Positions 35,603 to 44,881 of a stretch of 64,000 nt of DNA are shown here, one piece after another. Within the stretch, counting starts at the first letter, position 1, and each line of letters starts with the position of its first letter. The translations under genes and the position numbers were made by a program. Origin of the DNA: a virus (Duplodnaviria > Caudoviricetes); IMG/VR virus record IMGVR_UViG_3300023174_000047, positions 64,001 through 128,000 of that record, one strand, 5' to 3'. Below the pieces are notes generated by a model. That model searched no databases, was not told the origin of the DNA, and saw only the letters and a program-made list of their open reading frames with translations.

Positions 35603-36469
35603 ATGAAATACAATACATCCATGTTCGATAGCATTAGAGATGCTATTAATAAGCAACAAAAACAAAATACCGGCACAAGAGATATTATTTCTTTTGAAAA
35701 GGGCAATACGTACGTAATTCGTTTGCTTCCTTTTATTCAAGATCCTGATAAGACTTGGTTCAAATATTCCACCTTTGGATGGAATAGCTTTGCTACAGGA
35801 GCATACACAAGCATTATTTCACCCACTAGCTGGAATGAACGTGATCCAGTAGCAGAGGAACGCATACGCGTTTACCGTAATGGTACTGAAACAGAAAAGG
35901 AAAAGATCAAGAACATTCGCAGAAGTGATCGCTGGATCATGAATGTATATGTGGTATCAGATCCGACAAATCCTGAGAACAATGGCAAGGTCAAGATTAT
36001 TCGTTTTGGCAAGCAGCTCTACAACATTATCAACAATGCAATTAGCGGTGAAGATGCAGACGAGTTTGGTGCAAAAGTATTTGATCTTTCTTCCGCAGGT
36101 GTCAATCTCAAAGTCAAGGTTGAAGATCAAGGTGGTTATGCAAATTATACTGCAAGCCGCTTCACAAGCCCCATTGATTTGAAGCTATCCGAGAATCAGA
36201 TTGAAGAGATCTATAACTCAACTAAAGAGCTTGACAAGGTATTCAATGTCCGGTCATATGATGATATCAAGAAAATTCTCGAAGAACATTACTACTGCTC
36301 ACCTGCTACACCTGCTGCACCATTAGCAAGAGCAGCAGTTGCATCTGAACAAAGCGCACATGCAAAGCAGTTCGGTGAATCCACTGATGCAGTGGGAGTC
36401 GAGTCCATTGATGATGATGAAGATGATGATGAAAAAATGCGCAAACTGATTGAAGAACTCTCTGCATAA
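35603..36469 (+). CDS. gp32: Single-stranded DNA-binding protein gp32
   Basis: VIRLLP, NVYVVSDPTNPENNGKVKIIRFGK, YTASRF, acidic tail DDDEDDDE. Confidence 0.9.
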   Translation: MKYNTSMFDSIRDAINKQQKQNTGTRDIISFEKGNTYVIRLLPFIQDPDKTWFKYSTFGWNSFATGAYTSIISPTSWNERDPVAEERIRVYRNGTETEKEKIKNIRRSDRWIMNVYVVSDPTNPENNGKVKIIRFGKQLYNIINNAISGEDADEFGAKVFDLSSAGVNLKVKVEDQGGYANYTASRFTSPIDLKLSENQIEEIYNSTKELDKVFNVRSYDDIKKILEEHYYCSPATPAAPLARAAVASEQSAHAKQFGESTDAVGVESIDDDEDDDEKMRKLIEELSA

Positions 36470-36472
36470 ATT

Positions 36473-37060
36473 ATGAATGAAAAAAACGCCATCCTAAACT
36501 TCATAGGCCAAATGTATGGTCAGATGAAAGAAATTGACACTAACATTGCTTCAGTAGGTAGTAGTGCAAAGTTTGGCGGTCGTAGCGCAGAGCTCGAAAA
36601 AACATTCAAACAGTTAGCAACATCTCCGTTGGAGGCCGCTTATGTGCCTCCAACGGAGATGTCTCCCGTTGAGACAATGCCCATGCAGATGCAACCACAA
36701 ATGCAGCCTGCTGTACAACAGCTACCGCTCTATCAGCCACCACAAACTGATCAGCTTGAATTTACGTTTAAAGATGATGCAAATAGCATACTCAAAGACA
36801 TTTATAATGTTTTGTTTGATATTCGCAAACTGCTAACTGAGCACACAAAAGCAATTAAAACTATAGAGACAGCACCTGCAGTCAAGAAGCCAAAAAAAAT
36901 AACATTTGCAGACTGTAGTTTGTGTGGCGGTAAACCTAAAGGTGAGCAAACACAAGATACATTGTATCAATACACATGTCAAACATGTGGAAATGTTTCC
37001 AAAGGTGTCAATGAAACACAGGCAAAAGTAGCCTGGAATACTGAAAATGTGCAGGTATAG
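36473..37060 (+). CDS. Hypothetical protein with C-terminal Lar-like zinc ribbon
   Basis: CSLCGG...YTCQTCG...AKVAWN; M/Q/P-rich linker. Confidence 0.55.
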   Translation: MNEKNAILNFIGQMYGQMKEIDTNIASVGSSAKFGGRSAELEKTFKQLATSPLEAAYVPPTEMSPVETMPMQMQPQMQPAVQQLPLYQPPQTDQLEFTFKDDANSILKDIYNVLFDIRKLLTEHTKAIKTIETAPAVKKPKKITFADCSLCGGKPKGEQTQDTLYQYTCQTCGNVSKGVNETQAKVAWNTENVQV

Positions 37061-37066
37061 TTATAC

Positions 37067-37783
37067 ATGAATTCAATTTATTTGGATAAAAAAGAATTTG
37101 GTGCATACATAAAAAGCTTAGTTAAAATCAACGATGCTGCTATTTTTGCCATCAATCAAAATACACTGACATGTCTCACAGGTTCACCAGATAATGTCAC
37201 CATTGCATATGGTACATTTGAAATTGAATCAAAATATGATGGCTTCCTGAATATTCCGAGCTTGATGAAGCTTAGCAAGGCTGTAGATCAAATTAGTGAA
37301 GATACACCAGGGTTTGCAATAAATGCAAACAATCTTGAATATAAATCACCTGCATTACGATTTAAATATCACTTGCTTGATAATGGTATTATTAATCAAC
37401 CAGCCATCAACATTAAAAAAATTAGTGAATTTAATTTTAACATTATATTCAAGCCTACTGCTGCAAAATTGATTGACTTGACTAAGTTTAGCGCATTTAG
37501 TACAGACAGTAACAAAGTATATCTATCATGTGATGGTGATACAGTATTTGCAGATCTAACAGATCGATCAAGATCAAATGTTGATAGCATTCAATTTGAG
37601 TTTGCAAAATGCTCTGTGCCCTTTGATGCCGTACCACTTAATCTTGATTTCTTTAGAAGCATCAATTTTAATAGTGAAAGCACAATCAATATTAACATCA
37701 ATACATCTCTCGGTGTAATCGCTATTGATATTATAAACAAGAGACATAAATTAAAGTATATCACATCTTCCTTTACTTCATGA
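37067..37783 (+). CDS. gp45: Sliding clamp gp45-like
   Basis: 238 aa with a two-domain alpha/beta pattern, FKYHLLDNGII linker; replication context. Confidence 0.65.
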   Translation: MNSIYLDKKEFGAYIKSLVKINDAAIFAINQNTLTCLTGSPDNVTIAYGTFEIESKYDGFLNIPSLMKLSKAVDQISEDTPGFAINANNLEYKSPALRFKYHLLDNGIINQPAINIKKISEFNFNIIFKPTAAKLIDLTKFSAFSTDSNKVYLSCDGDTVFADLTDRSRSNVDSIQFEFAKCSVPFDAVPLNLDFFRSINFNSESTINININTSLGVIAIDIINKRHKLKYITSSFTS

Positions 37784-38124
37784 AGAAACAACACAATAAA
37801 ATAAACACTCTTGGATATTTTGTCAAGCGACTCAAGGATAATAAATTTATAACCTATCGCATCTTCAATGAATATGCAGCAACTGACACACGCCGCTGGA
37901 CCATTCTCGTAGAGCCAGGTATCCATAGTGTATACATCACATGCTATCAAAACAAAGAATTTGCTAATGATATTATGTATGAATTTAATGATGGTGGTGT
38001 TTTATTTCCGAAAAATTATAGCATCAAAACTGATTCCATTGAAATAATTATTACACATCTTATTAGCAGGGGTGTGGTGCCCAGTGCAAAAACTTCTGTG
38101 TATGAAAAAACGACAAAACAGTAA
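37780..38124 (+). CDS. Hypothetical protein
   Basis: 114 aa, ATGA-coupled to the clamp gene. Confidence 0.65.
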   Translation: MKKQHNKINTLGYFVKRLKDNKFITYRIFNEYAATDTRRWTILVEPGIHSVYITCYQNKEFANDIMYEFNDGGVLFPKNYSIKTDSIEIIITHLISRGVVPSAKTSVYEKTTKQ

Positions 38125-38473
38125 ATCTGCAGGCCTTTCCGGTGCCGCTGTTTCTGCGAGCACCAAAACAAAAAATACTGCTAAAGAAAAACTAACACCT
38201 GATGAGCGACAGGTGTTGAATACTTTAATTCATGAAGCTCTCATGCAGCAAGCAGCTCATGGCAAAGAAAAAATGTACAAGGAAGAATGTGCCCAGGCAG
38301 TCATTGCTACTTTGAGTGAATTTCTTGCCAGCTATATGCTCATTGGTTATGATTTTGAAGGAACACCCATTAGAATTATATTTGCAAAAACAGGCATGGA
38401 AGCTGATGCACTTGCGCATGCAGTACAAAATTACATTATGATGTCACATTTTAACAATGACAACGATCTTTAA
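38102..38473 (+). CDS. Hypothetical protein (start probably 38102)
   Basis: Fills the operon; YMLIGYDFEG segment. Confidence 0.6.
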   Translation: MKKRQNSKSAGLSGAAVSASTKTKNTAKEKLTPDERQVLNTLIHEALMQQAAHGKEKMYKEECAQAVIATLSEFLASYMLIGYDFEGTPIRIIFAKTGMEADALAHAVQNYIMMSHFNNDNDL

Positions 38474-38735
38474 CAATCTGTTTAAGCATAAACATCATAG
38501 AAAAATTTTTGCTGTAACCAAGGGGACGTACTTGGGTGAAATGCTGGTGTTTATAAAAGAGGAGAGAGATAGCCTTTGCTTTCTCTCTCTTCCTACGTGC
38601 ACCAACAGGAAAATTTTAAAAGAAAAATTTGATTTCGGTATAGAAAATGGTATTCTTGACTTTGTTCAAACATCTCCTGCAGATGTATATAAAGTAACCA
38701 TCAAACAATACGAAAAAAATGAATTTAATCATTGA
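38457..38735 (+). CDS. Hypothetical protein
   Basis: 92 aa, overlapping both neighbours. Confidence 0.6.
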   Translation: MTTIFNNLFKHKHHRKIFAVTKGTYLGEMLVFIKEERDSLCFLSLPTCTNRKILKEKFDFGIENGILDFVQTSPADVYKVTIKQYEKNEFNH

Positions 38736-39591
38736 CGCAAGCAACATCATTCATCGATCATTTTGGATAGCAAATAAAACAGGTGGAGATGAGCAAGAGG
38801 TTGGTAGTCTGCAGGCATATATTTTTTTACGCACACTCAAGAGTTATTTTGACAAGTTCAAGCCAGACAATGTATATTGTGTTTGGGATAAAAAACTGGA
38901 ACCAGAGACACTATGCTTCCGCAAAGTTGTTGCTGCTGAAACATATAAAACCAACCGAGACGCAGAGAGAACAGAAAAGGTGTATCAACATTATAGTGTC
39001 ATTGAAGAGTATATTGATGCTCTGGGGTGCTACAATGTTTTCCCCTTTGCAATGGAGGGCGACGATGTTATTGCATATCTTACCCGTCGACTTGAAGCTC
39101 CCATGATTATCGTTAGTGCAGACAAAGACCTGCTGCAGCTAGTCAACAACAAAGTGTCTTTTTATGATGTAAATAAGAAATGCATCATAAACATGGATAA
39201 CTTTAAGAACTATACAGAAGTTTTGCCTGAGGACTTTGTTCAATACAAATGCTTAATTGGTGACCCTGCAGACAACATTGCACGCATTGCCGCACCTGCA
39301 AAAGCTAAGAAAATTCTGCTAAAAACTGTTGTTCTTAATGAGGAGCAGAAATTGCAGCTTGAGCAGAATTTTATTTTAACCGATCTCCACAATTCTTATG
39401 ATCGGCAGCAAGGTGAATTAGATAAAATGAATGCGCAGTTTGACAACCTAAAAACCGCAGGCACATTCAAAAAGTTTTTGGAGCTATGCAAAAAGCATCA
39501 AATGAACAACATCATTGATAAGCAGCAAGAATGGCTGCAGACATTTTACACACACAAAAGCCTACATAACATTGTAAATATGTTCAAGTAA
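38719..39591 (+). CDS. rnh: T4 RNase H-like 5'-3' exonuclease
   Basis: IIDASN, YKTNR, EGDDVIA, SADKDLLQL, LIGDPADNI. Confidence 0.9.
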   Translation: MNLIIDASNIIHRSFWIANKTGGDEQEVGSLQAYIFLRTLKSYFDKFKPDNVYCVWDKKLEPETLCFRKVVAAETYKTNRDAERTEKVYQHYSVIEEYIDALGCYNVFPFAMEGDDVIAYLTRRLEAPMIIVSADKDLLQLVNNKVSFYDVNKKCIINMDNFKNYTEVLPEDFVQYKCLIGDPADNIARIAAPAKAKKILLKTVVLNEEQKLQLEQNFILTDLHNSYDRQQGELDKMNAQFDNLKTAGTFKKFLELCKKHQMNNIIDKQQEWLQTFYTHKSLHNIVNMFK

Positions 39592-39608
39592 GCATAAATA
39601 CAATACAT

Positions 39609-39794
39609 ATGAACTATATACGCCCCATCATGATGGTATCACCAACTGGATCAATGGTAGCTCCGAGAATTGTGGAGCACCGCACTGGTGATAAAATCCA
39701 TGTTGAAGCACATTGGTATGATCCCAACAATGGTGTATTCTTTCACAGAGGCACCGTTGAGATTAAAGATGTTGATTCAGTTGATAAGAAGTAA
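39609..39794 (+). CDS. Small hypothetical late protein
   Basis: CATAAATA at 39593-39600; 61 aa. Confidence 0.6.
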   Translation: MNYIRPIMMVSPTGSMVAPRIVEHRTGDKIHVEAHWYDPNNGVFFHRGTVEIKDVDSVDKK

Positions 39795-39814
39795 CAGACA
39801 ATCTATATTCAGGA

Positions 39815-40861
39815 ATGCAGTTACCTGAAGCATATGTTATAAGTAAATTTTACCAATTTGCAGGTGCACCTAAATACAATAGGTTTACTAAGACATATCA
39901 AGCTTCCTGCCCTGTTTGCAGAGAAGGCAAAAGCTGGCTTAAAAAGCGCAGGCTATATTATATCCCAGATCGCAACAATGTGTTCTGCCACAACTGCGGA
40001 TGGAATAGCAGCGCTTATAAATGGATCAAAGAAGTAACTGGACTACCATACAATGAGATTATGCTTGATAGTCTCAATTATGAAACATTTGACTGCAATA
40101 CCGCAGTTGCTGCCATAAGTGGATTCATTGAAACACCAACACTACCTGGAGATTGCATCAACTTGTTTGATGAAATGCAGATCAACTTTTACAGAAATAA
40201 TGATGTGGTGAGTAAAGCTGTTGAATACATCAAGCATCGCCGCTTGGATGTCGCTGTAAATAGACCAGACTCCTTGTATCTATGCATAGACAGAGATCAA
40301 ACAACGGGACATCATCATCGCATAGTAATTCCTTTTGTTGATATGATCAACAAAATTGTGTTTTATCAGTCACGCAGTTTTCTGCAAGATGTAAATGATG
40401 AATTGCCTAAATATCTATCTAAAACTGGTGGTGATAGAGCATTGTTTAACATCAATAAATTACAACCAAATTGTACAAATGCATTTGTATTTGAAGGCCC
40501 ACTAAACGCATTCTTTTGCAAAAACTCCATTGCAGTTGGCGGCATTCAGGAAAAGAGTATGATGCTCTTCTCCAACAAGCAGCAAGAACAGATTGATATG
40601 TATTGTAAGTTTTTTGACATCATCTGGGTTTTAGATTCGCAATGGATTGATAGGGCAAGTTTTTTCAAAACCCAGAAGCTTATTCAGATGAAGCAAAAGG
40701 TATTTATCTGGCCAAAAACCATTGGCACAAAATACAAAGACTTCAATGATGTGTGCATTGCACTCAACTTAAATGAAATAGCCCCTCAATTTATTCAAAA
40801 GAATACATTTGAAGGGCTACAGGCACAATTGATGATATCACAGATACCTCAACCAGTGTAA
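39815..40861 (+). CDS. gp61: DNA primase gp61
   Basis: Zn finger CPVC...CHNCG, IVIPF, YQSR, FEGPL (TOPRIM), KDFND. Confidence 0.9.
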   Translation: MQLPEAYVISKFYQFAGAPKYNRFTKTYQASCPVCREGKSWLKKRRLYYIPDRNNVFCHNCGWNSSAYKWIKEVTGLPYNEIMLDSLNYETFDCNTAVAAISGFIETPTLPGDCINLFDEMQINFYRNNDVVSKAVEYIKHRRLDVAVNRPDSLYLCIDRDQTTGHHHRIVIPFVDMINKIVFYQSRSFLQDVNDELPKYLSKTGGDRALFNINKLQPNCTNAFVFEGPLNAFFCKNSIAVGGIQEKSMMLFSNKQQEQIDMYCKFFDIIWVLDSQWIDRASFFKTQKLIQMKQKVFIWPKTIGTKYKDFNDVCIALNLNEIAPQFIQKNTFEGLQAQLMISQIPQPV

Positions 40862-41314
40862 CTACACAAAACGGTATTTAGGCGAATTGCTGGTAGCAAG
40901 ATATCCTTTGAACGTTTCTGCAAGAGCAGAAATTTCTTTAGCAACGCGAGCAATCTTCTTTGCTTCTGATGTGCGCATCTTATCAAAGATGGTGTCAGGC
41001 ACTGCTTGTTTGAGCTGCATCTGAATGGAGTTACCCTCTGTACCATTGAGATAATCTACCATTCCATCCAACTGCACAATCCAGCCTTGCAAATTTTTGA
41101 TCATTTTCGCCTCTTTTTGCGCAGCATGCTGCAACATTTGGCGATCTTCTGGACTAATATCTGCTCCTGTATCAGCTGTTTGTGCATCTTCATCACCAGC
41201 TGCAAAGTTAGTTTCTGTTTGTGTAGCATTATTTGCTGCCTGTGCCGGTGTTGGCATTCCTTCATCTTGCTCAAGGATCGTTGAAAAAACGTTGCTAAAA
41301 ATTTTATTTGACAT
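40862..41314 (-). CDS. Hypothetical late protein with propeptide-like N-terminus (start 41314)
   Basis: AATAAATA 5 nt before ATG 41314; MSNKIFSNVFSTILEQ. Confidence 0.7.
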   Translation of the reverse strand: MSNKIFSNVFSTILEQDEGMPTPAQAANNATQTETNFAAGDEDAQTADTGADISPEDRQMLQHAAQKEAKMIKNLQGWIVQLDGMVDYLNGTEGNSIQMQLKQAVPDTIFDKMRTSEAKKIARVAKEISALAETFKGYLATSNSPKYRFV

Positions 41315-41348
41315 GCACATATTTATTGCTTTACATTAAATATTCACG

Positions 41349-41753
41349 ATGGATAATAACTTTATGAGCAATCAGCAGCGCAGTTTTGGACCAGGCGCTG
41401 CAAATACGACTGGGCAAGGCAAAGGTCGGTCTGGTAGTAGTGGAGAAGGCCAGATGGAGCCTTTGATGAAAGTTGCTCCAATTAATAGCCCAACTGCGCA
41501 AAACAAGCCAGTTGCAGAGCCATTGATACCTCACGAACTAAATCAAATGGTTCAGAAGATTGGTGCACTTGTATACTCGTTGGGAGGCATTGCCGAAGAT
41601 CTCAGACGTGCATTAGATAACCCTGCTCTCAAGGAACATCAAAAGCTCATAATTATTTCTGTAATTAGAGTTTTGAGACCATTAACCAAAAAAATCTTTA
41701 ATGCAGGGCTCAGACTTGGTGAAGCATTCTTGCCTTTTGAGAAAAGGAAATAA
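41349..41753 (+). CDS. Hypothetical late protein
   Basis: TAAATA 6 nt before ATG; G-rich N-terminus. Confidence 0.6.
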   Translation: MDNNFMSNQQRSFGPGAANTTGQGKGRSGSSGEGQMEPLMKVAPINSPTAQNKPVAEPLIPHELNQMVQKIGALVYSLGGIAEDLRRALDNPALKEHQKLIIISVIRVLRPLTKKIFNAGLRLGEAFLPFEKRK

Positions 41754-41761
41754 ATTAATGC

Positions 41762-42190
41762 ATGGAAAAGCACCCGTGGATACCCATCATTATTGCATTA
41801 GCTATTAGCACAGTTGGAGGTATTCTAATAGCCCCTGTTTTAAATTTCTGGTCAGGGGCTGGGTTAACATTATTGTTGCAAATCATCATAGGTAGTTGCA
41901 TGAACAATTACTTGCAAAACAAAACTGCACTTGTGATGGAAGAGCAATTGACACGACGAATTGCAGATGCAGCCAAGCAGACACTAAAGCTCAAATGTCC
42001 GTGCACCAACATGTCAGAACAAATTATACCCATTCGTTTGGATCAGCCCAATTTTTATAAATGCATCAACTGCGAAAAAAACATTAGTGTCAATCTGCAA
42101 GCCTCCACTGCCCTAATGACAGACGTTATTAACATTGATGCCACACACGAGCAGATGGTTCAAGCCATGTCTGCTGCAAGAGAGGAATAA
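41762..42190 (+). CDS. Membrane protein with two TM helices and CxC..CxxC
   Basis: Two hydrophobic stretches; CPC and CINC. Confidence 0.6.
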   Translation: MEKHPWIPIIIALAISTVGGILIAPVLNFWSGAGLTLLLQIIIGSCMNNYLQNKTALVMEEQLTRRIADAAKQTLKLKCPCTNMSEQIIPIRLDQPNFYKCINCEKNISVNLQASTALMTDVINIDATHEQMVQAMSAAREE

Positions 42191-42192
42191 CT

Positions 42193-42594
42193 ATGAATAC
42201 AGATCGTAGATTCATCGAATCTTTACCAGACGTCCCTGCATCTGCAATACAAGCTGTTGAATTGAATGTAGCGAATTATGAAGATGCTATACGGCTTATA
42301 GATAGCATTATAAAGGAAATTGCAAAGAGTGACGATTATGCAAAAATTATGTCAATTTATACAACTGCACAAATGTATGGCAAAAATTGCACCGTTGATA
42401 GTTTGATGCATGCCCTCACTAATGCATACAAAGCGTTTGCTAAGCAAGAAAGTGTACTTGCAATTGACTTGTTGAGCAAAAACATTTTAAATTCAAATGC
42501 ATGCATTGAATCGCATAGCAAACTCAAAAAAGAAATATTTACTACAGTTATTCTTGGTTATGCTGCATCAATTCTTGCACAACAAAACAGTTGA
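42193..42594 (+). CDS. Hypothetical protein
   Basis: 133 aa helical ORF in the operon. Confidence 0.6.
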   Translation: MNTDRRFIESLPDVPASAIQAVELNVANYEDAIRLIDSIIKEIAKSDDYAKIMSIYTTAQMYGKNCTVDSLMHALTNAYKAFAKQESVLAIDLLSKNILNSNACIESHSKLKKEIFTTVILGYAASILAQQNS

Positions 42595-42624
42595 TTTCAA
42601 ATAAAAATACATATACAGTGTGGT

Positions 42625-42891
42625 ATGAATACCATAAACAGTAGCACAACACCCACATCAAAAATGTCGATCGATGAAATCGTTCGATGGAACTGTCTGA
42701 TTGAAGCCATTAAAGTTGCGGATGGTCAAATGAGAAATCTCGGCATTGATCCAGAAAAATATGATTGGGTAAAGCCAGTTGCTATTGAAAAATATATTGG
42801 TGAACGTTTTCACTCCATGAAACATGACATCGTATACGAGATCAAAAACGGTGCACAAGATGATGTCATAGATAATGATTTTTTTAAATGA
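42625..42891 (+). CDS. Hypothetical protein
   Basis: 88 aa; TTGATT-N17-TACAGT upstream. Confidence 0.6.
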   Translation: MNTINSSTTPTSKMSIDEIVRWNCLIEAIKVADGQMRNLGIDPEKYDWVKPVAIEKYIGERFHSMKHDIVYEIKNGAQDDVIDNDFFK

Positions 42892-43865
42892 TACATGTAA
42901 TAAGTTCAACCAACAACACAGGAATTAGTATGTCTGCGCAGGGGTATTTGCGACCCCTGCGCATTGCTAATATTGATCACGAATTTGTATCATATGCAAC
43001 CTTCCTTAAAAATTACAGTGATTTTAAAACTAAAAAATGCTTGATTATACCTGTACCATCAGCATGGAGATTTACACCTGCTATGAATATGCCATTCATC
43101 AATACATTTGTCTGCGAATCAAATGTCATACCAATTGGTGATGCAAGCAAATTAATATGCATGCAAGAGATTTGGGCGCCTAGTCACTTTTGCCAGCAGG
43201 TGCTTAAAAATAATAATTTTGATAGCAAATGGGTACCATATAGCATGGAAATGCCTTTGAGAGAATGTACGAAGAATCAAAAAATATTTACATTTCTTTG
43301 TTCATTTGATGGCAAATTTACTATTCACCGCAAAGGCATTACACATGCAATCAATGCATTCAAGAAAGTATTTGCTGATATCAAAGATGTTGCAATGGTT
43401 ATCAAAACTTTTGATTTAACTGAAAGAAGTCAACGAATTTTAACAGAGTGCATTGATGGTGATGTGCGTATCACCATCAAAAATGGTTTTGTTGAGACTG
43501 TTGATGAAATTTATGATGATGTAGATTGTTATGTATCTCTTCATGCTGCAGAAGGATTTGGAAGACACATTGCAGAAGCAATGCTAAGAAAAATACCCAC
43601 CATCTGTACCAATTATGGCGGCAATACTGATTTTTGTAATGAAAACACTGCAATGCTAGTTGGTGGCGAATTTGTTAGCCATAAATATGATACACAATAC
43701 AATTGGAACGGTTTGTGGTTACATCCTAATTTAATTGAAGCTCAATTGCATATGAGAAAATTATATGAAAGTGGATACACAAAGGATCTTGACAGTGCAA
43801 AGCAGCAAGTTGAGATAATGTACAGTGACGACGCAGTAGCAAAAATTTTGAAAGGTATATTATGA
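42888..43865 (+). CDS. GT4 family glycosyltransferase
   Basis: RKG, SLHAAEGFGRHIAEAM..PTICTNYGGNTDF. Confidence 0.88.
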   Translation: MIHVISSTNNTGISMSAQGYLRPLRIANIDHEFVSYATFLKNYSDFKTKKCLIIPVPSAWRFTPAMNMPFINTFVCESNVIPIGDASKLICMQEIWAPSHFCQQVLKNNNFDSKWVPYSMEMPLRECTKNQKIFTFLCSFDGKFTIHRKGITHAINAFKKVFADIKDVAMVIKTFDLTERSQRILTECIDGDVRITIKNGFVETVDEIYDDVDCYVSLHAAEGFGRHIAEAMLRKIPTICTNYGGNTDFCNENTAMLVGGEFVSHKYDTQYNWNGLWLHPNLIEAQLHMRKLYESGYTKDLDSAKQQVEIMYSDDAVAKILKGIL

Positions 43866-44881
43866 AAACAATAACAATGACAGCATGGAAGAGACCCGAT
43901 CTCACCAAACAGGTGCTTGAGTCACTAACTAAATGTTATAAAATTGAAAATTATAAACTCCTTGCATTCATCGAACCTGGCTATGATCAAGTTATAGATG
44001 TTTTTGATAAGTTTAATGCTTGTGAGAAGCAAATTGTTATAAACAATCATGTATTAGGCATTGCAGAGAATACTAAACAAGCATTGAGTACTGCATTTAA
44101 CCAAAGTGATTATAACATCCATATTGAGGATGATACTGTTTTGCTTCCAAATGCACTCAATTTTTTTGAGTGGTGTGATGATAATTTTAGAGATGATCAC
44201 CAAATAGGTACATGCAGTGCATATTCAGGAAATACATCAGAATCACTTCCCACGCATGCAATAATTCATAGATGGTTTGGATGCTGGGCGTGGAGCACAT
44301 GGAAGACAAGATGGGATTATAGTCTTAAAAATGAATGGGGCGGTGACATGCTCGGATTTGCAGCAAATGTCAATGGCTGGCAGTTTAAAAATAAAAAATT
44401 ACAAGTATATCCAATGCAGAGCCTCTGTCATAATATTGGTATAGGAAATATTCTATCGACAAATGGCAGAAACTTTAAGCCAGATAATATCAGGATAAAT
44501 AATATCATTGAAGAAAATAATGACTTTCAAGTTATTGATAGACAAATTGTAAGTGATGTTAGCTTTTCTGATAATAGTGCATCACCTAGTGAAGCAGTAA
44601 TATGTGTTGATTTTTGTAACAGAATACCTAATACTGCTACAAAGCTTTATGGTTGCAAGGATGGTATTATAGAGGAGCATCTTTTAATTACAGATGATGC
44701 AAATGCCACACAAGCAGTATTCAATTACGATGCATTTCCTAATGATATTCATAATACTATAATAATTATAGGTGCGCAGAAAGAAAAAACAGAATTTTTA
44801 GAAAAGAGCGGATACAAAAAAAGGGACAGAGTATATTTTAAATGTGGTGTAGAGCGGTGGATTAAAATGGTTGCATTATAA
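43862..44881 (+). CDS. GT-A glycosyltransferase with extra C-terminal domain
   Basis: TAWKRP, AFIEPG, HIEDD, FGCWAWSTW, SLCHNIG. Confidence 0.75.
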   Translation: MKTITMTAWKRPDLTKQVLESLTKCYKIENYKLLAFIEPGYDQVIDVFDKFNACEKQIVINNHVLGIAENTKQALSTAFNQSDYNIHIEDDTVLLPNALNFFEWCDDNFRDDHQIGTCSAYSGNTSESLPTHAIIHRWFGCWAWSTWKTRWDYSLKNEWGGDMLGFAANVNGWQFKNKKLQVYPMQSLCHNIGIGNILSTNGRNFKPDNIRINNIIEENNDFQVIDRQIVSDVSFSDNSASPSEAVICVDFCNRIPNTATKLYGCKDGIIEEHLLITDDANATQAVFNYDAFPNDIHNTIIIIGAQKEKTEFLEKSGYKKRDRVYFKCGVERWIKMVAL

